Below are positions 41,910-52,099 of a stretch of 64,000 nucleotides of DNA, one piece after another. Source of the DNA: Barthelona sp. PCE (taxonomy: Eukaryota); the NCBI GenBank assembly GCA_040285745.1, contig JAUFOR010000004.1, forward strand, positions 744,001-808,000, in the 5' to 3' direction. Position numbers and translations under genes: made by a program. How positions within the stretch are numbered: the stretch's first letter is position 1; every line of letters begins with the position of its first letter. The notes beneath the pieces were generated by a model. It ran no database searches. It was not told the DNA's origin and saw nothing but the letters and a program-made list of their open reading frames with translations.

Positions 41910-42680
41910 TCAAGATTGATTTAAGTTTTCAAACCATTTTTCACATGATGGACATATAGAAACACTGCAGCTTGCACAGCATAGGGCACACGATACTTCA
42001 GCGTTTGTAGTTAGGAAGTCAATAGTCGACATGATATTTCTGCAATACGCAAGGCTATCTTCCTTTAAACTAGTGTGTAAGAATCTTTGAAATTTACGAT
42101 AGATCTTGTGACTGGACAGCCCAAGCTCATCGGCCGACATGTTGTTGTTGTACGGTAATTCTTTCAATTTCAAAACTGATAAAAGATCATTGGAAGACAA
42201 TCGTGATGTAGGACGGGAAACAGTGCATGTTTCTGTCATATTCGTGAACTTCTGTGCAAGTAAAGGTAGCAGATGACCTCCACCAGTAAACATTAACCAT
42301 AAAGCAAGAATCGCAATACGCTCTGACGTATCTGACAAGCAAATGCATCCATGCTCATTTGCTGCGCTCACAAGGGTTATGAAATAGTCAGATAATGGGG
42401 AAATGTGCATGTATGGAAGTAGCGTTGAAGAAATTGTGACAAAACTGGCAGTTATTGATGTTTCAGACCAAATTGCCTGTCTTTGTAAAACTTTTATGCA
42501 GTATGCATCAGATGGAAGCCCCTGGTCCAAATGAGTAAGACTACCTTTGGGCAATCGTTTAGGAAATGCCTTACAGAAGGTTGAGTGCACTTTTGCACAA
42601 TAGTGATCAGAGCAAAAAGGTGTTGAGCGAAATAAATAATCGCCTGGCTCGTTACAATTAGATTTAATGCACGTAGCCAT
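41910..42680 (-). CDS. CTU2: Cytoplasmic tRNA 2-thiolation protein 2 (Ctu2/Ncs2)-like, compact
   Basis: N-terminal Cys motif with FC, SDTSERIAILAL...TGGG (compare GD..TRLA....GRG), an RP motif, and C-terminal CALC and CPSC. Confidence 0.55.
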   Translation of the reverse strand: MATCIKSNCNEPGDYLFRSTPFCSDHYCAKVHSTFCKAFPKRLPKGSLTHLDQGLPSDAYCIKVLQRQAIWSETSITASFVTISSTLLPYMHISPLSDYFITLVSAANEHGCICLSDTSERIAILALWLMFTGGGHLLPLLAQKFTNMTETCTVSRPTSRLSSNDLLSVLKLKELPYNNNMSADELGLSSHKIYRKFQRFLHTSLKEDSLAYCRNIMSTIDFLTTNAEVSCALCCASCSVSICPSCEKWFENLNQS

Positions 42681-42927
42681 GTGAAAATGATGAGATTTGC
42701 TATTGCATAGGTTTTGCTATTTTGTAGTTTTTTGTGGGCCAGCATAGCGAAAAGACACAGTTTCAGGTATCGAGAGTGTAATTTTTGAGGAAAAACTGTT
42801 CTAATTTTTTTCAAATTCTGTTTTTGTCGTACAATTCCCTTGCGCACGAAGTAAAAGTTTTAACTTCGGCCAAAAAATTGCTTCATATTGAATTAATTGT
42901 TTACCACATTCTCTCCCTTTTCAAATC

Positions 42928-44187
42928 ATGGCTGCATTAGAGGTCTTGGGCAAGGTACCACCACACATCCGAAAATTGCTTCAGGAGCCACGTAATTTGC
43001 GACTCTATAATCACCGCATACAGCTTCTATACAATAACCACGAGTTTACTGAATGTCAACGTCTTATTGATACTGTACTGAAAGAAAACCCATTATCGTC
43101 GTTTGCGCGTCATATTCAAGCGCTAATTTACCGTCATCAAGGAAAGGTTAATGATTCTGTAGAGCTTTTTGCTTCTGTTGTTGAAAATTCTGGAAATTAT
43201 GACTCAAAATACCACTACGCACGATCATTATACCTCCAAGGCCGTTTAGATGACGCGTTAGAGATGTTAAAAGAGTGTATGCGTGAACGGGATAACGACG
43301 CACAAGTGATGCATTATGCTGGTGTTTGCTCTGTTCGTCTTTCAAATAACAGCGACGCAATTGAGTTCTTTAAGAGGAGTATTAAGCTATCACATCACCC
43401 AGACAGCTATATTCAACTGGGGCGATTGTATGCAGAGTTGGATGACTCAGATATGGCTTTGCGCATGTTCAATGAAGCCATTGACTACTTCCCCCACAAC
43501 ATCAAAGTACTCACAGCATTAGGAATCCACTTTTTAAGGAAAGGACATCGTCAGAACGCCTTTAATCATCTGGGTGCTGCGCTCACCTTTGACCCATTTG
43601 ATGGGAGTGCTCTTCTCGCTGCAGGTGCTGTGTTGCAGGACTCAGGTGACGTGGAAGTAGCCCTTACAAAGTACAGAATTTTGGCAAAGAGCCATGCACA
43701 TTTGCAATTTTGGAACAACGTTGGTGTATGTTTCTTTTTAAAGAGGGACTATGTGAGTGCAGTAGCATGTCTGCAGCGTGCACTAGAAATGAGTCCCTTT
43801 GATTGGATCATTAGTTTTAATCTTGCTTGTGCATACTTAATGACAAGGCAATATTTTTCTGCATTTTTGAACATTTCACGTTCAATTAATCTCAACAGGA
43901 AATATGCAGCTTCATTTAAGTTCTTGGCATTAGCGTTGACGAAATTGGAAGATCATGTTAATGCTGAACAAGCGTATATTCGTGCTATTAAATTAGCTGG
44001 AAATACACCTGATCATGTCACATTGTTAAATTATGCAATTTTTCAATATAATAGGGAAAATTTCACAGGTGCAAAGGATACATTCCTGCAATTTCAGAGA
44101 GTTTATGACACATTACCACCAGACGAGAAGAATATTGCAGAAGTTGCTGCCAATAATCGTATTATGAAAAGTGCGCTTAATTTGTAA
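42928..44187 (+). CDS. BBS4: BBSome subunit BBS4 (TPR)
   Basis: NHRIQLLY...C..LID, LGAALTFDP, GDVEVALTKYR, WNNVGVCFF, PFDWIISFNL. Confidence 0.92.
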   Translation: MAALEVLGKVPPHIRKLLQEPRNLRLYNHRIQLLYNNHEFTECQRLIDTVLKENPLSSFARHIQALIYRHQGKVNDSVELFASVVENSGNYDSKYHYARSLYLQGRLDDALEMLKECMRERDNDAQVMHYAGVCSVRLSNNSDAIEFFKRSIKLSHHPDSYIQLGRLYAELDDSDMALRMFNEAIDYFPHNIKVLTALGIHFLRKGHRQNAFNHLGAALTFDPFDGSALLAAGAVLQDSGDVEVALTKYRILAKSHAHLQFWNNVGVCFFLKRDYVSAVACLQRALEMSPFDWIISFNLACAYLMTRQYFSAFLNISRSINLNRKYAASFKFLALALTKLEDHVNAEQAYIRAIKLAGNTPDHVTLLNYAIFQYNRENFTGAKDTFLQFQRVYDTLPPDEKNIAEVAANNRIMKSALNL

Positions 44188-44198
44188 ATGTCTATTGT

Positions 44199-47108
44199 TT
44201 ATTCATCATCACTGTCATCATCTTCAATAATAAACCGACTGAGGGGTGTTGCTTGTAACTTTGTATCCAGATTACCTGAAGTGGGATCCTTGTGGGTCTT
44301 AACTCTTGCAAAATCAATCTCAAAGTCAGATTCATACACTAAATCTTCATCATCATCAACAAACAGAATGCCAAGATCGTTCTCCTCTTCATCTTTCTTC
44401 TTCTTCTTCTCCTTCACTTTATCTTCTTTCATCTTAATGTTTGACGACATACGAATATCTTCAATATCTTGATCATTAAAAATATCATCATCAAGAACAA
44501 CAGTGCCTGTTTGGTCATAAGTCGCACTGGATGTGGTCCCTGTTGCAGTTCCAGTCATTTTTGTTGTCTTGACGTTCGGTTGGAATAGAAAGAGAACAAT
44601 ACTGCTTGCAACTCCCTTGTCTTTGTATAAATAGCGCTTGCAGAATGTTTTCTGAAAATACTTGACGAACTTCTTCAGTTTAACAGCATAATCATGTGCC
44701 GGGTTCATACCAGTGGTCTTGCTCTTCAGCAACGCCACGTCTATGTGCTTCTTTGCCCATTGGTTCATGGAGTTATAAGTATCAATGTATCTCATCTGAA
44801 TGAAGTACCTGAAACACGTTTTGTTCTTTACCAAATGTATTAGCATGGACAGCGAAGCATTAAGCACGCTCCAAGTACTTCTGTCAGGGAATTGATTCAA
44901 GAACAGTAAATTGTGAACGATAACAGGGTGATAGAATGGTTGAATAAACGTGTTAGCCGACAGAGCGCTCTCCTTTCGGTGCTTTTCGTACATTTGCGAA
45001 GCTTCTTCATCATCCGACTGGATTTGACTCAGAATTTGACTGGCCAAATCCAGTGACTTCTCCTCATGGGCAACTGCAACCTCGTCCTCTTCATCAGAAT
45101 CCTCAATCTCAAATGGGTTCTTTGCCTCTTCAGGGACGTTACTTAAAACAGAATTATCTGGTAGTTGAGTATTCTCATCATCAACAACAAAATAATCATC
45201 AGCAATTGTAACGTTGTCAGGTCTTGTTGGTTTCTTCTTCTTACTCTTCTTGAGTTTACGGGTGGTCATCTTACCAAGAACAACTGTTTTTTTTCGGAAA
45301 AGGAATTTGCGAAGCACATCAACGATAACAATAGAACTTTTTAAAACACTAATACTAGCACTCTGTTGGGTTTCGTTGTTGTGGCGGCCTATGTGGAATG
45401 TGCGAAGATATTGTGGAATATTTGTTGGTAGCCATCCATTGAGAAAAATCAAATCCAGAAAAGTCTCTCCTGTTATCTTCTGTGTCAGACTTTCATTATA
45501 CAAGTAGAACGCAAGGTCCAGAAGGTTTGATAGCATTGCTAGATTGACACTCTGTATACCAAACAATGTGCTCTTAACTGTTTTTTCTCCTAAACTCAGT
45601 TCATGAAATTTATGAGTAACCATAAGAAAACTTTCATCAAAGAAGAGTCTCTCAAGGAATGTTCCTGTCACAAGAATAACTTTGGACTTGTAATATTTGA
45701 TGAAACTAAATAGAAAACGAAGTAGAAGAAAAATGTTCTTCAAAAACCTCAAAATCTTGGGTGCTCTAATATCTTGTAGCGGCTGCGCTGAGAAATAGCT
45801 CAGCTCAGAATACAAAATGGTAAGCACCTCTTCTTTTATGAAATATTGTGTAGCGAGGGTGTACATATCCTTAATTACCTGGGCATTTCGGATGTGATAA
45901 TCACTCAGCTCCTTCATAGACTCCTTCAGGCCGCGTGAACTGGTTGAAATAGTTGTTGCTCCTTTCACCTTGTCTTTTAATACAATATCATTCGCGCAGT
46001 TTGTGATTCCGCTCGAAAATCGAGAATGTCTTGTGGTGGCAATATCCCTGTCCAGTAAAATATTTCCAATTCGATTGAGCGCAACAAGGTTCTCTTTAGA
46101 AATGGAGCTTGAGTACTCTCCGTTACTTGAAGACAAGAAAGATTGGCTTGAAAAATGCTGAATATCAAAGCCGACAAAAAACCGGGTCAAAATCTTGATT
46201 ATGTCTCTTGTAAAATCAACAAAGTACTGTACTGTGTGGAATGACTTGTCACTAACAACCTCCAACATTATAAACAAGTTCTGCAACACTTCTGCTTTAA
46301 ATAGTCCTGAAAATAACTGCTCATGAACTTCACTCACATGTGAAGAATCAGAATTATATCTTGTACTGATCGTTAGTGAGTCAAGAATGTGTATGAGACC
46401 TAGACACTTTGAAACATCGTTGGTGTCAACAGGTAGCTTCTTGTCACGAATTCTAATGAAATTCTGAGTTAACTTCTTAATAGCAGGCGCCATATGTGAG
46501 AAAAAGTTGGATTTCAATAATTTTTGCTTCATTTTGTACATTTCAGTGCGAAGCGATAACGAAAATTCTCCAGCATATCTGTATGTTGGTGACAATTTTT
46601 TTTGGCAAAGTATTGCAATGGTACTGAAAATCAAGTCCGCAATTTGTTCGTATTCATCATCATCAAACGATCTAGTAAGGTCCAGGAGAGATGTTATCTG
46701 TACTGAAATGATTGATGTGTGAAAAACAGCAAAACTTGTGCTTAAGTGCTCATCTTGGTGATTAAGTAGGTTTTTAATTTCCTTTAATGCATATAAACAC
46801 CTTGAAAAAACAAAGTCCTCAGAAAGCCCATGGTTCTCTGATGATTTACCAGCCTGATTAATACCGAAATCTGAGCAAATACTAAGTAACAACCCAGATT
46901 GTGAACTAATAGCTTGTTTACGCATGTTTGTAGCATTTATCCGCTCTACCTTTGTTTGCTTCAACTGCTCAATCTTCTCTAAATGTGGATTTCTCTTACC
47001 AAATTCCTTTAAATCTTCTTTGGTGTCTTCAACGACAAACCCATCGTCTTCGTAACTCCCACCGTATTCGTCCGTGGCGATCAAGGACAAGTTTCCTTGA
47101 TTGCTCAT
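44199..47108 (-). CDS. Timeless/Tof1/Swi1-like replication fork protection protein
   Basis: CLYALKEIK.LL, RHSRFS signature, helical repeats and acidic tail; likely ATG at 47108. Confidence 0.6.
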   Translation of the reverse strand: MSNQGNLSLIATDEYGGSYEDDGFVVEDTKEDLKEFGKRNPHLEKIEQLKQTKVERINATNMRKQAISSQSGLLLSICSDFGINQAGKSSENHGLSEDFVFSRCLYALKEIKNLLNHQDEHLSTSFAVFHTSIISVQITSLLDLTRSFDDDEYEQIADLIFSTIAILCQKKLSPTYRYAGEFSLSLRTEMYKMKQKLLKSNFFSHMAPAIKKLTQNFIRIRDKKLPVDTNDVSKCLGLIHILDSLTISTRYNSDSSHVSEVHEQLFSGLFKAEVLQNLFIMLEVVSDKSFHTVQYFVDFTRDIIKILTRFFVGFDIQHFSSQSFLSSSNGEYSSSISKENLVALNRIGNILLDRDIATTRHSRFSSGITNCANDIVLKDKVKGATTISTSSRGLKESMKELSDYHIRNAQVIKDMYTLATQYFIKEEVLTILYSELSYFSAQPLQDIRAPKILRFLKNIFLLLRFLFSFIKYYKSKVILVTGTFLERLFFDESFLMVTHKFHELSLGEKTVKSTLFGIQSVNLAMLSNLLDLAFYLYNESLTQKITGETFLDLIFLNGWLPTNIPQYLRTFHIGRHNNETQQSASISVLKSSIVIVDVLRKFLFRKKTVVLGKMTTRKLKKSKKKKPTRPDNVTIADDYFVVDDENTQLPDNSVLSNVPEEAKNPFEIEDSDEEDEVAVAHEEKSLDLASQILSQIQSDDEEASQMYEKHRKESALSANTFIQPFYHPVIVHNLLFLNQFPDRSTWSVLNASLSMLIHLVKNKTCFRYFIQMRYIDTYNSMNQWAKKHIDVALLKSKTTGMNPAHDYAVKLKKFVKYFQKTFCKRYLYKDKGVASSIVLFLFQPNVKTTKMTGTATGTTSSATYDQTGTVVLDDDIFNDQDIEDIRMSSNIKMKEDKVKEKKKKKDEEENDLGILFVDDDEDLVYESDFEIDFARVKTHKDPTSGNLDTKLQATPLSRFIIEDDDSDDE

Positions 47109-47239
47109 AGAAAGGGTTATGTAAAAAAATACAGCATAGAAGTCTGTTTTGAGATTATTTGAAGAATCAAAATGATTAGAATAGTGTAGAATGACCCACA
47201 ATGATGATGATTTAATTTTTTATTAATACTTACATACAA

Positions 47240-48793
47240 TTAAACTTCATGTTCACTGTTTTCAGAATCCAACAAGGGCTTATATTCTTGAGGTCCTGCA
47301 TTTCTGAAGGAGCGGAAGAATACCATAGTGATAGACATAACAGCAATAGCAATAGAAGCATACAAAAAGCTTTTCTTCTCAAAAATTTCATACAATATGG
47401 CTTGGATGATAATTCCCAATGGTTGAGTACCTTGGGAAGCAATCAGAAGGAAGTTAGCAAGGCGAGGCATATGAGTCATTGATCTGAACCATTGGAATAT
47501 GATGAAAATGTTAAAGGTATCAAGAACACCGACTAAAAAGTTTGCTGAATACAAAAAGTTCAATTCAATAACGTAAGTGAAGATACCAAAGCAAGCAGCA
47601 ATGGCACATGTTGAAACAACAATAATGATGCTGAACCAAGGAGCCTTGAAAAACTCAACACTTACAAACAATGATACGATTGCACCGATGATGTTACCGA
47701 TAGCCCAACTGGAGAAAAGCATACCAAATACAGTCGGAGAGTTCCAAATATCTTTAGCAAGTGCAGGAATACCAGCAAAACCGATACCTGAGACCAAAAT
47801 TGAAGTGATAGCAACAAAGATTAACATTTCGTAAGTTGACCCTTCTCTTCTGGCTTCCTTGAATGAATCCTTCAATGTTGGTAAAGGAGGGTGTTGTAAA
47901 AGTGAAGCATCAATGAATTTCGTAAATAAGAGGAGAATAAAAGCAACAACTTGGGTTAAACCAATTATTAAGAACGCAGGCCAGATTGTATCGATGACCT
48001 TATCAGTTTGGTAATATATACTGATTAGCCAGCCACCAAGCCAAGAACCAGTAGCGACAGCAAGTAAGTTAACAACTTGGACAGCAGCATTGATTTTGGA
48101 AATGTTACGGAGATAAACGGTTGACAGGGCAGGGAAAAGACTCAAGGCAGGGAAATAGAAGGCATCAGCGATACCATATATAAGGACAAAAATAATAACA
48201 ACATACTCCTTACCACCTTGATGACCCTGTGCAAGCAACCAAGATTGAATACAGACAGCAATGGCTCTAACAGCATTGGAAGTGACCATAAGCTTCTTCG
48301 GGCTGAATCTCTCAAATGTATCAGAAAAGATCAATATGATTAAACGAGGTAAATAACCAAGCATTAGTGTGAAACCCATAGTAACAACAGATGAAACAGA
48401 GAGCATAAGTATAGTAATTGCAATGAAATATGCTGCATCTGCTGAAAGAGAGAAGAACTCAGTTAAAAGAGAGATAATCACACTTGCCGTCCAAGGAGAA
48501 GGAGGCTTAACAGGCTCATCCGACTCTCTGAATGGACTATCGGACTGAGCAGCGATAGCCTCTTCAGCGATTTCAACAACAGATTCATCAGAAACATCTT
48601 CATCTTCAGCAGGTTCAATTTTCTCTTCATCGTTGGGCTCAGTGTCTTGGTTTTTCAGATCTTCGTCATTATCTAAAGGAGTAATATCAACAACTTCCTC
48701 TTCATTATTTTCTGCAACTGTTGTATCCATAACTTGAGCATTATTGTCATCTAATGCTGTTACTTTTGTTTCTATAACTTCGTTGGGATCCAT
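47240..48793 (-). CDS. Major facilitator superfamily transporter (DHA3/MefA-like) with acidic N-terminal extension
   Basis: About 12 TMs, ERFSPKKLMVTSNAVRA, AFYFPA and GNIIGA motifs. Confidence 0.8.
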   Translation of the reverse strand: MDPNEVIETKVTALDDNNAQVMDTTVAENNEEEVVDITPLDNDEDLKNQDTEPNDEEKIEPAEDEDVSDESVVEIAEEAIAAQSDSPFRESDEPVKPPSPWTASVIISLLTEFFSLSADAAYFIAITILMLSVSSVVTMGFTLMLGYLPRLIILIFSDTFERFSPKKLMVTSNAVRAIAVCIQSWLLAQGHQGGKEYVVIIFVLIYGIADAFYFPALSLFPALSTVYLRNISKINAAVQVVNLLAVATGSWLGGWLISIYYQTDKVIDTIWPAFLIIGLTQVVAFILLLFTKFIDASLLQHPPLPTLKDSFKEARREGSTYEMLIFVAITSILVSGIGFAGIPALAKDIWNSPTVFGMLFSSWAIGNIIGAIVSLFVSVEFFKAPWFSIIIVVSTCAIAACFGIFTYVIELNFLYSANFLVGVLDTFNIFIIFQWFRSMTHMPRLANFLLIASQGTQPLGIIIQAILYEIFEKKSFLYASIAIAVMSITMVFFRSFRNAGPQEYKPLLDSENSEHEV

Positions 48794-48956
48794 TAAAAGA
48801 ACGTAAAAATTGATAAAGGGCTAAATGAAAAATACAAATCAAATTACTTTTTACTGATATTAAAAACACTTCTACAACACATAACCTACCATAGTAGCAA
48901 CGCAACGATGATACAGTATCCTGAAATGAACATTAGAAAGAATATTGAAAAACTCT

Positions 48957-51900
48957 CTAAGTATTTTGCGGTTGAGCAAAAGGATTCGTTTGAAAATGAC
49001 CCATGGACTGGAACATTCCATTCCAATTAAGATCAGGAATAGCAGCGTTCGGGAACGGGAAGTTGAACATAGGATTCATTGTGTTAAATGTGTATGGATT
49101 ACTCATGAATTGAGCAGGTATAGCAGGTGTAGTTGTAGCAGCGTCCTGTCTCTGTTCAACGACCGGCTCCTCTTGAGACTCTTTATCGCTCTCCATGATA
49201 AATTCTTCAGGTTCAGGTTCGCGTTCTTGATATTCTTCAACCGCAATGTTAGCTGGCTTAGGCTGATTGATCAAATTCATTTGCATCTTAACACGACGTT
49301 TGTTAAATGTGAAGTATGGGTACTCATTTGATAGTGGCATGGGAGCATTTGTTAAGTGACTTGTTAGCTGTGCTGCCAAAGCACCATCGAAAGGAGAACG
49401 GTTGCTGTGAATCTTTGAAGTGGAAGGAAGGTGAATCTGAGAAGTACGCCAGTTACCAAACTGTCCTTCAACCAAACAGCCATGCTTCTTAAAGTGATGC
49501 AACAGCAGATTCCAGAGTGGGTTTGATGCCAAAACCTGTGGGTTTCCAACTAAAATGATACCATACTGAGCACGTGTAAGAGCAACATTAAGACGACGAG
49601 ATTCGCGTAAGAAACCAATGATTCGAAGGGGGTTGGAACGTACACATGACATAATGATATATTTCTTCTCTCTACCCTGGAACGAATCAACACTAGCAAC
49701 TTCGAGATCACGAATGATGTCTGTTGTTACTATCGACTGCCTGTTTAGCAAATTTGTTAAATAAGCACGTTGGCCTTCATACGGTGTGATGACACCAACT
49801 TCAGAAGGGTGTGTACCAGACTGAATGAAAGAGGTGATTGCCTTTAGGACGATATCTGCCTCTGTGCGGTTAATGTATGACGTACCACTGGCTGAAAGTT
49901 CTTCGATGCCGGTTGAAACGTGAAATACCATTGGACAATCAGCGACAGGCCAATTCCAAGTGAGTTGGTTAGTTCTGTCCTCAAATGATACACCGTTTTG
50001 GAGAGTTCCTTCATAGAAAACACGAGAAGGGAACTCACTCAAACGAGGATGCATACGGTACTGTACTTCCAGGCGGTAGGGCCAGTAGCTGAGAAGCACT
50101 AATCGCTCAAAGAGACTTTGGACGAAGCCAGCCTTTGATGCGCTTTTGTCCATAACAACGGGGCCAAGTTGGCAGTGATCACCAATAAGGATAACCTGTT
50201 GTGCACCTTTTGTGATTGGAATGAGTACCTCAGGTTCAGTTGCTTGTGTTGACTCATCGATCAAGACAGTCTTGAAGCGGAATTTCGAGAGACGGCTGTC
50301 ACCTGCACATACACAAGTGCAAACAATGACATCAGCAGCATGTAACATGTTGATCTCCACCTTAGTCTTGACCTTGCGAAGAACTCTCTCGTCAGAAATC
50401 GTCAGAAATCCGTCCTCCTGTTGTTTTTGAATGAGCGCGTGTAATCTTGGGTTCTCCTCATGGTCGCAATACTGTATGAGTTTGTGTAAACATAAAAACT
50501 CAATGGATGAAGGGATATTCTCTCGAGAAACAGCACAGAAGCGAACAACGCGGACACCAGTTTTATGGATCTGCTGTGCGAGTTGGTCTGCAGCAATGTT
50601 TGATGGAGCACAGACGAGTACGGGTGTCTGTTTCTTCTGGACCAAGTGATAGATGATTGTGGCCGAGGTGACAGTCTTTCCGGTTCCGGGAGGACCTTGG
50701 ATAAGTGCAAGAGGCTGTTGCAACACCTGCCTAATAGCTTGCGCCTGACTGTGATCAAGCGGAGGCAAACCAGGAGCGCTGAGATCCTGAGGAAGGGTGA
50801 AACGAAGGCGGGTGATCTTGTCGTCCTGTCCTAACAAATACTTCTTGATGATCGGTGAGCACGAACGTGGTTTTTGGAAACGTCTAAGGGCCATCTTCAT
50901 ACGATCAAAGGAGATTGATTTCCATACGAACTTAACGGTGAACACTGCTGATAGATTCATTTTAAATGAATGATTTGTAATCGATGCAATGATTTCTTCA
51001 CTTGATGAACGTTGTAAAACGAAACCTTGTGTTGATGTAAAGTTTTTTTGTTTCTTCTTTGTGAACTTCTGCTCTGAAATAACATTTTGAGGAAGCGTAA
51101 TCAGAATAGAATCACCAGGGATAATGCGAAGATCAGTTTCAAACATTGGTAATTGAAATTTGGCAAGGATTTGAGTACCATCGTTTTCAAAAGTAACTTC
51201 AATATTGGGGAACTGCTGACTTTCCTTAAGTTTCCTTTGATTTTCAGCCTCCTTGTCGATGAGCTTTTCAAAAACTTCAGTGTACTGATCAATGGTATCA
51301 TATCTTAACAAAATGGGATCACACTCTTCAACTAAGCTAAGCTCGGGTGCTTTAAGATCTTCATATGTTTTGGAGGCATCAGTGTGCCACAAGTTCTCAA
51401 GCATCAGAGCATCTTGACGAGTAATACGACGATACTCTTTTGTTTGAGTTTTATACGGAGCTTGAACCAACCATTCAACGAAACCTTTGTTTTCAATCAA
51501 TGGTTGCCAATTGGACGTGTCCCAACTCAAATCCTTGTGTACTGCTCTGTGTAAACAACGATCACGACAAACTAAAGCCATAACGTTATCTTCTTTTGCC
51601 GGAATAAAGCCCAAAAGAAAAATGTTGCGACATCTACAGTTGAAACACTCAAGTTGTGTTTCTCCAAGTGGATTAGCTGGATGTAAACTAACATTGTTGT
51701 GGTGTGATCGAACCATATGATGAACGATATGTGATGCAGAACTCAATCCCTCCTTGCTGTTACAAAACCATTTCTCACAGATTTCACAATAAACCAGACT
51801 ACAGGCATCATTACAGCTACAATACTCGCATTTTTGTTCGACTTCCACAGGTTCATACTCTTCCTCGGATGCGCAGACCTCGTCTTCTTCCATGTGCTCT

Positions 51901-52004
51901 TCGATATCATCGAACCAACCTTCCTAAAGGTAAGAAATTTCCCAATATCTCCATTGTTTTCATACATCATGTTCTTCGTACTCGAAACTAGCTTCTTTCT
52001 CCAT
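48957..52004 (-). CDS. UPF1: NMD RNA helicase UPF1, 2 exons (52004-51966, 51923-48957), about 1001 aa
   Basis: CH domain (KWFCN, SHIVHHMVRS, LECFNC), QGPPGTGKT, DESTQ, SVDSFQGREK. Confidence 0.97.
51924..51965 (-). other. Spliceosomal intron, 42 nt, phase 0
   Basis: GTATGA...TCTTACCTTTAG; joins MEKEASFEYEEHD in frame to EGWFDDIEEHM. Confidence 0.8.
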
Positions 52005-52099
52005 AAAAAAGTGTCAATGGATGGTTGAAAAGGTAGAATAAAACACTATAGGTTGTTATTGCTTCTTTCTTCCTTTTGAAGGTTATTCATAACTTACGA

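Noticed and set aside
142-44187. Flagellar gene cluster (IFT74, centrin, dynein-like, BBS4)
   Set aside because: Interspersed with unrelated genes; ciliary genes are common enough for this density to arise by chance.
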